A DNA stretch of 64,000 nucleotides from Phoronis australis (taxonomy: Eukaryota; Animalia; Phoronida): the NCBI GenBank assembly GCA_002633005.1, contig NMRA01000139.1, forward strand, positions 1-64,000, read 5' to 3'. Positions within the stretch are counted from its first letter, which is position 1. Each line of letters starts with the position of its first letter. Position numbers and translations under genes: made by a program. Below the pieces are notes generated by a model, which saw nothing but the letters and a program-made list of their open reading frames with translations, had not been told where the DNA came from and did not search any database. Below, piece by piece: positions 24,679 to 34,900 of the stretch.

Positions 24679-25219
24679 CGTGAACTAAAGCATAATACAC
24701 AGTGGATTGTCATACTACCCAATGTCCGTTTGTAACTGCTCATGTGATGTCATGGACATATATCAGCCTTCACAAATATACATGTTTTAGCAATCTTAAT
24801 CCTTGTTTGTATCCGTAAGCAGTGTTTTAAAACAGTCGCAGATATCGCCGGCCGTTTTGAATGAGGCCCTAAAGTCGTGAACGTTTCGTTTAGACAGAAA
24901 TGCACGAAGTATGACCACACAAGTCAACTGCAGTGCTTACAGTTACTCTAGATGACATAAAAATGCATTGCATTGTTTATTAATTCAGTTTCAATTGAAA
25001 TAAATTGTTATATGTTTTGCACCCAACTTTGATGTGCGCAGACGTTTTCAACGAGGTTGTTCACGTAAATTGCTAAGAACCCAGCATCAATGGGGCTATT
25101 CGGAGAATTCTCCTCGCGGTGTCGCTGCTGTACTAGTGGTGATTGAATTGCGCATGCGTGGCTGTCTGCATGTAAACAACTGGTAAAAGATGGAATTTTT
25201 ATCAAAACACGTCGTCGCG

Positions 25220-26220
25220 CTAAGCCTTATTAGTGCTAATTTCCTTGGTGCAAGTCTTCGGCAGGTGGCCACAGATTTCCAAAAGACCTAAGGTTACTAT
25301 ATTTGTGGACAATTACGGTCAACAGGGTCAACTAACTGACAAAAAGTGTGTGGATGCTGAAGCCCCGTGTGTGCTCTATGACTATGCATTTCCATTCGGA
25401 GACTACACAACATTACTTGGTAAGTTTTTAGCAATCAGTTTCTATCAACATCGTTCGGTGATGTTATCCCCACCAGTTACCCCACTGAATAACAGTTTTA
25501 TTGAGTGGAACTAAGTGTTTCTTTTTGGAAACTCACCCGATGCCGGGTAGGCTAGCAGCACATATTCATATTCGCCTGGGTGGGACAGTGCTCCCAAAAT
25601 AAGAGGTGTATGGTACGTGATGCACAGAAGTCAAGAGTGACTTTTTCACAGCAGTTTCTCTTCAAAACTATGCTGTTTCCAATAAAATTCTCTAGATGAG
25701 TGAGTTTCCTTATTTTATCGTGGACCCCACCCCCAGGACCACCAGCTCAGTTATCGAATTAACATGAATAAGCCTTAATTCAGTAAATGTCGTAACATTG
25801 CATTGGAAAAAAATTGACACCTAGAATGAATTTTACTTGTTGAGATCAGAAGCACATTTTAAGTGTCATGAAAAATACACATTGTTAAATCACTTTTAGC
25901 CTGTTTCACATATTTTAATTCAGATATTAAATAAGACTTGGGTACAAAGGTTATTAGTTTCTACACATAAACATGAAGATGAAATGTCAAGTATGTTCTG
26001 CCTTACAAAAGTAGTTTTGTCTTGTCTTTTCTTTTACAATTTGCTAATATTTCTATTCTGTTACAGGCAAGAAAAAACAACTGAAACCAACCGCCTGACC
26101 ATCTATTTCACCGTTGGACAAAGTGAAAAGCAATCCTTCAGCAATAACCTGAGAGAATTGAACGTAATTCAGAAATTCAGCACCTGATATGCCTGATTAT
26201 GGACTCCCTCGCAATGTTGT
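25220..26220 (+). pseudogene. THAP-domain transposase N-terminus of the ISL2EU element, two exons
   Basis: PWCKSSAGGHRFPKD..LW...RVCSM.HF..DY..LLG, then gtaag intron to ag at about 26066, then KKKQLKPTA*PSI; no DDE domain follows. Confidence 0.7.
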
Positions 26221-26459
26221 TTCTTTCTGTGCTTTTTCAGTTTGCCATTTGTTTTTAAATACACTGATAATTGTTTATTCTCGAATCTTGTGCATAGCAG
26301 ATTCTTATCCAGCTAGCTACAATTGAAAACATACAATAAGACAATCGATGCAGTCACTGAATGTCATTTCCCCATAATCTGTACCAAATTGAAAAGTTTT
26401 TACCAATAGTATAAAGCCTTTCTTCTGAAAGGAAAATTTAATGTCACTCAGCTTTTGGC

Positions 26460-28495
26460 TTTCATTTCACTGGGTTCTAGTTTCAATGGCCTATAGAAGC
26501 GCTTGTAAAAAAGGTCCAGTTTCAACACGTGGCTTTCTTTCATGTAACCTCATTCAGCCTCAATAACATCCACAATTAGACCCTTGAAGGTAAACACAGC
26601 AGCATATCACTTGAATCGTTTTGAGCCCAAAATCAGACTCTGAACTAGACCAGAGTGTGACTAGGTCTTCTTTAGCTTCAGTCCCTCATGTTTCTTCCAG
26701 GAAAGGAAATAAGCTATTGTCCACACATGACTCATTGCCTATGAAAGGGCATCCTCACCAACAAGGCTTATTTGTGTAGCAGTCAGATATAGTTCGTCTG
26801 GATACACAGACACTCCACTGGCACATTGTCTTATGGTAACTTAGTACTGCGATTCACATTTCTCCAGGGCCACTGACTTGCACATTGTGCCATGCAGCAC
26901 TGCTGGTGTGTGGAAGTGCTGTGGGAAGAGAACGGAGTAACAAAGCTTGTCTATGATACAGCTTGAAGTGGCCTTAAAATGTCACTGAACCTGGAACAAA
27001 TATTGAAATATGAATAATTAAGTACTCCAGATTGGATCAAAAATGTTATCCCTGTTTTTCAAAAATATATGGTGATTGGTCTACAGTTTCACATAAAAGT
27101 AAATAATTACTATTTTCAGAAACCAAGGGTGTATATAATGAGTATTGCATAAAACTGTGTCTTTATTTTTTATCCCTAGCCATAACAATTCTTTAAACGC
27201 ATCACTTGTCTGTAAAATATACAAGTTTTTTGAGACAACTTCAAACCTTTGTTACCCATTTTCAAGCCTTTTTAATTTTGATACTTTCAGCAATTTTAAA
27301 CTCAGATTACAGGTTCATGGGTCTGTCAAGCATACTTCTAGCCTAAGGTTGAGGGAACCGTTTTTCTTCTAATAGAAGATATGAAGACTTGGGTCATTTA
27401 AAAATGATGGATAATCTTTCTGTTGTTTAAGAGTAATTACAAATCGTAAGGCACCATCAAAAATGCAATTTTCACAAAAATGGCAGTCATTTGAATTTAT
27501 AACGACTTGCAACATTTCAAGGCATGAGTTGAGACTATTCAGTCACTTTGAATTCGGAAAATGTAATATATTTTCGTGGTTTTACAATTGATACAAGTAG
27601 CAAATTAGCTTCATGAAATCAACTTGAAGGGACTTCGTGAAAGTTAAGAATTACCTCACCATATTCTTTTCCCCAAACATGTATTACCTGTTATTTCCAC
27701 ACATTCAGTTGTACCAAATATTACAACCACCATGCCAATCCCCCCTCGGGACCTGAATAAGTAATTTACAACAAAATGACTTTAAAAATAGCTGCTCCTT
27801 TTCGAAGGCTTTGTTCGTTGTCTCCAATATTGAAAGTAGGCTTTGACAACAGATCTGCACTGGATGGGAAGACCTTGTTGGTTAGCTGTAGTCAAATGCT
27901 AAAACCCAATTTTTTCCATTCAGAAGAGATGCATATCTCCTCTACACGATACAAGCATTCAAACGTAAAAACCAAAGGTTACGTGAAAACTGACGTGATA
28001 GATTTCCATTTCAACGTTTAATAGATTTCCAGAAGACATATGATAGGGAGTAAACAAATAGTCTAATGCAGTGGATATTTATCACTCACGTACCCTTTGC
28101 CATTGGGATTGGATTGTAATCTTAACTCATTAACCTGTATCGAGTTGACAGCACAAACATTCAGCATTGATTGATGTAACTGTCACTGATAAACTTTTAG
28201 AAATCATTCCAAACAATAATAATGCTTTGATGTACGAAAAGATCCCGATTGCTACGTCAAGTATCGTATCACATATCACAACATACAAAGATTAACCAGC
28301 TGGCGACTGACTGCCGGGAAGTCGACATCGGCGAGTGCCTCAGTTAAAAGGCATCGAAAGAATAATCATGGAATAATCGTTAAAATTATCACAAACCTTA
28401 CCTTTGTATGAGGTCGTGCTTACTTCCTCTCATAGAAGCACCCTTTTTACGCAATCTCAGATTCAGTTGGCAGGGCTCCAAGCCATTTCACCATG
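26460..28495 (-). pseudogene. SAP plus YqaJ-like exonuclease gene of the ISL2EU element, intron-containing and degraded
   Basis: SAP-like LRLRKKGASMRGSKHDLIQR followed by a gtaagg donor; YqaJ-like TPAVLHG...ALEK...YLTAT..LVGEDAL...LKLKK...VFTFKGL...KLDLFYKRFYRP. Confidence 0.7.
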
Positions 28496-28968
28496 TATTT
28501 AAAGGGCTCGCGAAATCGAGGCTGTTAATCTATCACCACTAGTACACGCACGCCCTCTAGTTATTCTAGATTTTCCGAATAGCCCCATTATCGCTCTGTA
28601 TTTTATTGTTTTGGCCTTACAAAACTTGATCGACCCTGGGACATTTTGATACATTGTTGAAGCTACCCCTGGAGCGCGTGTTTGAGTAAATCTGAACGAT
28701 AAATATTTTTGAAAATACACCCCAAAAATGCACAAAAAAGTGAATTAGTGAAGTATGCTGTTTTTAAGATACATTTGAAAAAAGAAGCCACTCACTCACT
28801 GTTTGTTATCATATTGTGAATACGAACACGTCAGGGTATTCGTTTGACGTTCGTAAGCAGACGAACGCTGGAAACTTCAACGCCAGATGTCGCAGGATCG
28901 CGAATAAGAGGAAATAAGATCGTTCACGACTTTAGGGCACTCACGACTTTAGGACCTCTGACGGTATA

Positions 28969-29275
28969 ATTCCAGAGGCCGTTGTCCGTGGACGTCGCCA
29001 TTTCTTATGCACTAGAGGTATTTGAGGGAACTTGTAGTCGGAAAAACAAAACTACAGATGGTGCTCCCTGCCCCGACACACGAGTCATGACCATGCGTAA
29101 GCACCCATTTGAAAGGACGGATCGTGGTGAGATGGTCAAGATAAAGAGGAAATTAGCGGACGTTCAGCGTCAGCTCGGCGAACGAAAGCCCAGTGGACCA
29201 ATCCGCTGCTACAACTGTGGGCAAGAGGGACACATTTCCAGGAAATGTCCCCAGGTAAGGAAGAAACACTCGTAA
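28969..29275 (+). pseudogene. Gypsy gag, 3' part with CCHC zinc knuckle
   Basis: CYNCGQEGHISRKC. Confidence 0.9.
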
Positions 29276-29339
29276 ACAAGATACTAATGAGTCGTCAACT
29301 AGGACGGGTCGAGTTTGCGCCCAGGGCCTTGACCAGGTT

Positions 29340-31067
29340 TGCAGAATGTTCATTTGTTTTTGTCGATTTATTTGGGGAAAATTTTCCCGCTTTGATAGAC
29401 GGCGGTTCGCCTTGGTCTCTTAGGTCTAGAGACGGTTTTTAGTTAAGTAGTTCACATATACAGTTGGCAGTTTAGAACCCACCCTCATTTCATTTCATTG
29501 TCAGGCGCGGGTGGGGCGCGTATTAACGATTACGGTTGCTTGGAGCCTGATTTTGGTATAGCAGGCTTGAGACTTAAGCAGCGATTTGTTGTCGCCGACG
29601 TCAATCCTCAGGTGATTCTTAGACTTTTTGAAAAGTATTTTTTGTTATTTGAGTGCAGCACTGGAGAGTGACATTTTGCAACTCTGTGGGAAGTCGATCA
29701 ATCTTTTGTCGGAAAAGAGGTCCCTTTGCAGTGGCATAGTTCCACGATCCATTTCTGAGGGCATGTTTGTCAGCGAAGATGTCCATCTTCCGCCTCACTT
29801 GGAACCTGTAATTAGAGACGCAAGTGAGCAGTTTACTCCACAACAGACTGTTTTGGTGCGGAAACTTGTGGCCGAGTTTTCAGATGTTTTCGCAGGTCCC
29901 AAAGGCGAGCTGGTCGAGCACACCATCAACACAGGTGATCGTTTCTCAATTAAACAGGCTCCTCGACGGTAACCTACATGTATAACATAGCGGGAGATTT
30001 CCGATGCGGAGATCGAAAGAATGCTGGCTGCTGGTGTTATCCAAACAAGTGATTCACCATGGGCCTCACCGATCGTGTTGGTGCGAAAGAAAGACTCCAG
30101 CTACCGATTCTGAGTAGACTACCGGAAACTGAACGTGACCAGGAAAGATGCCTATCCTCTGCCGCTCACCGACACCTGCCTTGATTCCCTCGCAGGCATG
30201 TCATAGTTTACTACCCTTAACATGGCCAGTGGATATTGGCAGCTGCCAATGGCTGAGCAAGACAGGTCAAAGACCGCATTCGCCACTTTTTGAGTTTACG
30301 TCTTTGCCTTTTGGTCTTGCGAATGCGCCACCTAGTTTTGAGCGTTTGGTAGGGAAGGTTTTTGTTGGCATGCAATGGGACAAATGTTTACTGTATATTG
30401 ACGACATCCTGGTCTTCGCAAAGACTTTCAACCACGCCCCCTGCGATCTCCGAGCAGTTTTTCTACGGTTGAGGGAAGCCGGTCAGCGACTTAAGCCGAC
30501 CAAGTGCAGTCTGTTTTTGAGAGAGGTACCTTTCCTAGGCCTCGTAGTGTCTGAAGCAGGAGTAAGTTGTGACCCTGAAAAGGTTGCTGCAGTTGCAGAT
30601 TGGGAGACACCATCCTCAGTTTCGGATGTATGCAGTTTCCTGGGATTGGCATCACATTACCGGAGATTCGTTCCTGACGTCTCCACTGTTGCTGCACCGT
30701 TGTCACGTTTGACCGGGAAGAACAAACGATGCGAGTGGGATGTCTCGTGCCAATTGGCATTTGACCAGATGAAGGTGCTGCTTACCAAACATCCAGTGTT
30801 GGAATATCCCAGGCGGTGGGGTAGGTTTATCCTAGACACGGATGCCTCGGCCTTTGGCATCTCAGGAGTACTCTCTCAGGAGCAGGGTGGCGAGGAGAGG
30901 GTCATCGCTTATGCCAGCCAAGCTCTGTAGGCTCCACAGCAGCGCTACTGCACCACCTATCGCGAACTTTTGGCAGTCATTACGTTTGTTAAGCGGTTCC
31001 GGCAGTATCTATGGGGCTTCCTTAACAGAACAGACCACCACTCTTTGAAGTGGTTAAAGAATTTCAA
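29340..31067 (+). pseudogene. Gypsy pol: protease, RT and RNase H
   Basis: ALIDGGS; SPWASPIVLVRKKD; LPFGLANAP; YIDD; FILDTDAS; TDHHSLKWL. Confidence 0.93.
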
Positions 31068-31332
31068 AGGCGAAGGTAACCTTTTTTCATGTCATTTTGA
31101 GCTAAAATAAGGTTGGTTGGTTATCCTAGGCATATTTTCCACTTAATTACAGCTTTTCGTAATTTTGTTAATTACTCGTCCGCTACTCCGGAAGTGACGT
31201 TTTAGGAGGCAAGCATTTCGCGCCAATTTCTTTTCATATAGTCTGACTGTGAGAGCTGCCGACTCAGTCATTGTTCTACCTCGGTTGTGTTAAGTTCCGT
31301 CGTCGTTCGCTTTCATTTACTAGTCAGTCAAC

Positions 31333-32340
31333 ATGCCACACTGTTGCTGCGTACCGGGATGTAGTAATTATCGGCTCACGCGCGCTTTGGGAGTGCCTTT
31401 GCATCGCTTTCCGATGGATGACACACTTCGCCGTACTTGGCTCGTTCGTGTGAAGAACGCAGCGTTACCCGTCCACGCAACGTACAAAGCAGTGGAGAAT
31501 TACCGTGTGTGTGGCAAGCACTTTCTGCCGTCCGATTACGAAAGGGATTTGTACGCTGAACTGATGAAGGTCCCCGCGAAACAACGCTTGAAGAAGGATG
31601 CCATTCCGTCTGTGTTGATTCCCGGCAGTGCCCCGTCGCCACCCCCGAGAAGTGCGTTTTTGAAGCGAGAAGCCTCGCGAGCTGTGGCCAGTACAGTGAC
31701 TGGAGCCAGTGGAGGCACTTCATCTACTGTCACCCGTGCCTCCGAACGTACCCCAGAGCGTGCAATTCCTGGAACCAGTAGTGATTCGCCCTGTGCTGTT
31801 TTCTCCAGCTCAGAGCCTCTAAGCAGCCCTGCAGCGATATTGAGTAGTGGGAGTGATTACAGGCTCAGTTCGACACCCAGTGAAGAGGACAGTTCGTCGT
31901 CCAGTGAACAGATCGGTGAGCCAAACTTTGATAAGTTTATTGTGGACTTGTCTAAAGTGTTGGAGCTATTTAGAAGGTGCCAGGTGTGTGGCGAGGGAGT
32001 CACACGACACGATGTAAGCAGTTTGGGTGCTCAGGTCACCATCCAGTGGGAGTGTGTCGCGGGACACTCTGGCAAGTGGGACAGTTGTTCCTCTGTCCGT
32101 GGTATGCCGGAGGTCCACTTAACCATGTCCAGTAGTGGCTTGGCCTCGTCGAACTCTGAACAGCACAAGCATTCCATTGAGGTAGGCATAACAACGCACA
32201 CAGTGCATTTGCACCAAGATGTGTCACCACGTCTGTCCTCAGTAGCCGCCTCGTTTCTCTCAACAGCTGCCTGTGCCTGTGCGTACTCTGCCTCGTTATA
32301 CTCGGGCTCAAACATGTACCCACCCACTGAATGTCCGTGA
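31333..32340 (+). CDS. THAP-domain protein: truncated Kolobok transposase with no DDE core, 335 aa
   Basis: MPHCCCVPGCSN..HRFP..W...VCGKHF..DY...LKKDAIPSV (THAP); Ser-rich linker; CQVC...WECVAGH..W..GMPE; then reads through antisense KolX sequence. Confidence 0.8.
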   Translation: MPHCCCVPGCSNYRLTRALGVPLHRFPMDDTLRRTWLVRVKNAALPVHATYKAVENYRVCGKHFLPSDYERDLYAELMKVPAKQRLKKDAIPSVLIPGSAPSPPPRSAFLKREASRAVASTVTGASGGTSSTVTRASERTPERAIPGTSSDSPCAVFSSSEPLSSPAAILSSGSDYRLSSTPSEEDSSSSSEQIGEPNFDKFIVDLSKVLELFRRCQVCGEGVTRHDVSSLGAQVTIQWECVAGHSGKWDSCSSVRGMPEVHLTMSSSGLASSNSEQHKHSIEVGITTHTVHLHQDVSPRLSSVAASFLSTAACACAYSASLYSGSNMYPPTECP

Positions 32341-32426
32341 AAAAATTCCTCGTCACCACTGCTGTGAACAAGGTCTCCGTCACTCACACTACTGTCACTG
32401 TGATACGGGTCACCGACTCCAGCCAT
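32031..32426 (-). CDS. KolX-like protein (P2X7 cytoplasmic-tail-like Cys cluster), truncated
   Basis: ATG in gaaaATGg context; acidic N-terminus, YMFEPEY, WCKCTVCVVMPTSMECLCCSE. Confidence 0.75.
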   Translation of the reverse strand: MAGVGDPYHSDSSVSDGDLVHSSGDEEFFHGHSVGGYMFEPEYNEAEYAQAQAAVERNEAATEDRRGDTSWCKCTVCVVMPTSMECLCCSEFDEAKPLLDMVKWTSGIPRTEEQLSHLPECPATHSHWMVT

Positions 32427-32763
32427 TTTCAGCTTACAACACACTAAACAATCCCTAAATCCAACGTAGTTGAGTTCTCTACTAACCTATCTTGCCGCAG
32501 AATACTCGCCGATGGAAAGTGGTGGCGACAATTGTTGAAAAACAGCACAAAACAAAAGTAGAATAGAACAGATTCGCACGGTAAAGTCAACGCAAAACTA
32601 AGTGGCGGGAAACGCTTGCCTCCTAAAACGTCACTTCCGGAGTAGCGGACCAATAATTAATAAAATTACGAAAAGCTGTAATTAAGTGGAAAATATGTCT
32701 AGGATAACCAACCAACCTTATTTTAGCTCAAAATGACATGAAAAGGGTTGCCTTCGCCTTTAA

Positions 32764-34310
32764 GGAACCCGTCGACATGGTTGCCAGGTGGATAACGGTT
32801 CTCGGCACATATGACTAAGAGATTAAGCATCGGAAGAGTAATCATCTCGGTAACGCTGATGCATTGTCCCAGAAACCATATCGCAGATGTCAGCGATCTG
32901 ATTGTGACCAATGTGCTGGTCGACGACTTGTCGCTGCAGTGCGACGGGGACGACGTGCCGCTAAGGAATGTGAGAACCCAGAGAATGACGCCTGGCTGCC
33001 TACATGGAATAAAGATGAACTTCGTACTCTTCAACAAAACGATAAGGTCATAGGTCCAGTTGTGAAATTCATATCTGAGTCTTTGGAGAAGCCTGAGCTT
33101 AAAGCTATACTGGGGCACTCCTGGGGTAACCGGCGTTTGTTTCCAGAGTGGAAGATTTTGCACTTGCGGGATGGTGTTCTGTAACGGCGTTGGATCGAAG
33201 CCTGCGGCGACGGTGATCGAATGGTGATTGTACTCCCTCGTCAGTTACGGATTCAGGTTCACTAGCTGACGTACGACGCAAGGAAAGCGGGACATCTTGG
33301 TCGCGACAAGACTATTTGGACCATTCGTTCTCGTTTCTACTGGCCAAGGCTACAGGGTGATGTTTCTAGGTGGTGCAAGCGTTGCGAGATGTGCGCGCGT
33401 TGCAAACCATATAATAAAAAAATAATTGCAGTTGGTCTGATACACGTTGTACCAGACGTGCGCAGGCCTCGCATGTGGGCCCATTGCACTGATAACCTGG
33501 AAATATTTTTATGCTTTATTAATATATGGTTAAAACCGAGCTGAGGAGCTAGAAACCTGGCTCATGGGTGTAGCAGTGTGACCTGGTGGGACTTGAACCC
33601 ACGACCTCGAGTAAAGAAAGCGGGCACTTATCAACCAGGCCACACTGCCTCCTCTTCGTTGCAAATCAGGTCTGGGCAGAGGTCGCACACCACTTCAGCA
33701 AGGTCACGCAGACGTTCCATTCCAGCGCATTGCTTTAGACATACTTGGTCCTCTTCTTAAGCCGTACAATGACAAGGAATATATCACTGTGGTCGAAGAC
33801 TACTTTACCAAGTGGAGCGAAGCTTATGCCCTACCAAACCACATGGCTCAGACAGCCGCAGACAACTTCGCGACAGAGTTAATATCCAGATTTGGTTGAC
33901 CAGCCTACATCCATTCTGATCAGAGTCGGGAGTTTGAAAGTAACTTGTTCTCTGATCTTTGTCAGTTGCTCGGAATGCAGAAGACTAGAACCACCCCATA
34001 TCATCCGCAATCCGATGTCATTGTGCAACGGTTTAATCGAATGGTCCAAGGGATGTTGGCCATGTTCGTAGACAAGCATTGGAGTCACTGGGACCACCAC
34101 CTACCGCGGCACTGGTTTTACGTCATACAGATTAAAGTTCGGTCGGGAGGTGTCGCTACCTTTAGATGTTATCGCTGGGAAACCTCCTGATGGTGCTGTG
34201 TCCTAGTGTGCCTGTGAATAGAATGAGTGGTTGTGCCAGTCGCTGGAGAACGCCTGGACCTTTGCTCAAGAGGCGTTGAATTCAAGTTTTTACCGGCAAA
34301 ACAAGTACAA
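32764..34310 (+). pseudogene. Gypsy pol 3' part: RNase H end and integrase
   Basis: HLGNADALSR; GHLGRDKT...RFYWP...WCKRCEMC; VEDYFTKWSEAY; IHSDQSREFES; RTTPYHPQSD..VQRFNR. Confidence 0.9.
33410..33652 (-). mobile_element. tRNA-derived SINE inserted in the Gypsy integrase
   Basis: Minus strand has an A-box-like TGGCCTGGTTG and a B box GGTTCAAGTCC at the 5' end, plus an AT-rich tail; it interrupts the integrase after CKP. Confidence 0.75.
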
Positions 34311-34329
34311 CGATGACCGAGAGAAATTT

Positions 34330-34900
34330 CGTAAATTTTGTAAAGTGCACTTGGACGCTTTTGCCTGTCTAAAATAGCTCTCAAAGACATTGATGAAATT
34401 GGACACTTCCCAAAAATTTACTCACAATTCAAACGACAATAAATGCGTTGTTTTTTTTTTACTTCGGTACAAGATTTGTTGATTAAACTCAATAACAGGG
34501 GATCAAAAAGGAATTAAGTCATTAAATCAAGGTAAATGCATTGCTCATGGATTTGATTGTTGGTTTCTGATTTACATGTTTATGGATCTATGAAAATGGA
34601 GTGATTGATAGGTGATTTTTTGACAATTAGAACCTTATATTGGAAGGAATGATAATGCTTCATTGAACTTAGTTACAGGCCGACATCAGATCCCCAAATA
34701 TAAAGTACACTAAACGAGTTTTTTCTGTCTGAAATAAGTCTCAAGGAAATTGGTGAATTTCGGACAGCTCTACAAAGTGTCCCACAATGTTCTCACAATT
34801 CAAATGACAATAAACTGTTTATTGGCTTAGGAACCAGATTATTGGGATTTAAGTTTACAAACCGTAGACCGAAAAAGAAGTTTAAGTACTTAAACAAATG
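34330..34900. repeat. Diverged direct repeat of about 390 bp
   Basis: ctcacaattcaaa.gacaataaa and downstream motifs recur near 34420 and 34790. Confidence 0.5.

Larger units (their letters stand above)
25092..28586. mobile_element. ISL2EU-type (PIF/Harbinger superfamily) DNA transposon, internally deleted
   Basis: TIR GGGGCTATTCGGA / TCCGAATAGCCCC flanked by AT on both sides; THAP gene (+) converging on a SAP...YqaJ gene (-). Confidence 0.85.
24679..28964. mobile_element. MITE-like DNA element (about 790 bp net) inserted in gag and itself split by the ISL2EU element
   Basis: (G)TATA duplicated at 24674-24678 and 28964-28968; cctaaagtcgtga motif in inverted copies near both ends; removal rejoins gag in frame as HV*FQRPLSVD. 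Confidence 0.7.
31068..32759 (+). mobile_element. Kolobok DNA transposon, internally deleted, 1692 bp, inserted in Gypsy RNase H
   Basis: TIRs of about 157 bp starting AGGCGAAGG; flanks TCAA and TTAA; removal restores HSLKWLKNFKEPVDMVARWI; converging THAP and KolX-like ORFs. Confidence 0.9.
22707..34320 (+). mobile_element. Ty3/Gypsy LTR retrotransposon, degraded, with three nested insertions and no 3' LTR seen
   Basis: Order LTR-PBS-gag-PR-RT-RH-IN; multiple stops and frameshifts. Confidence 0.92.

Noticed and set aside
33575-33652. tRNA gene on the minus strand
   Set aside because: A and B boxes are present but there is no full cloverleaf; it is the head of a SINE
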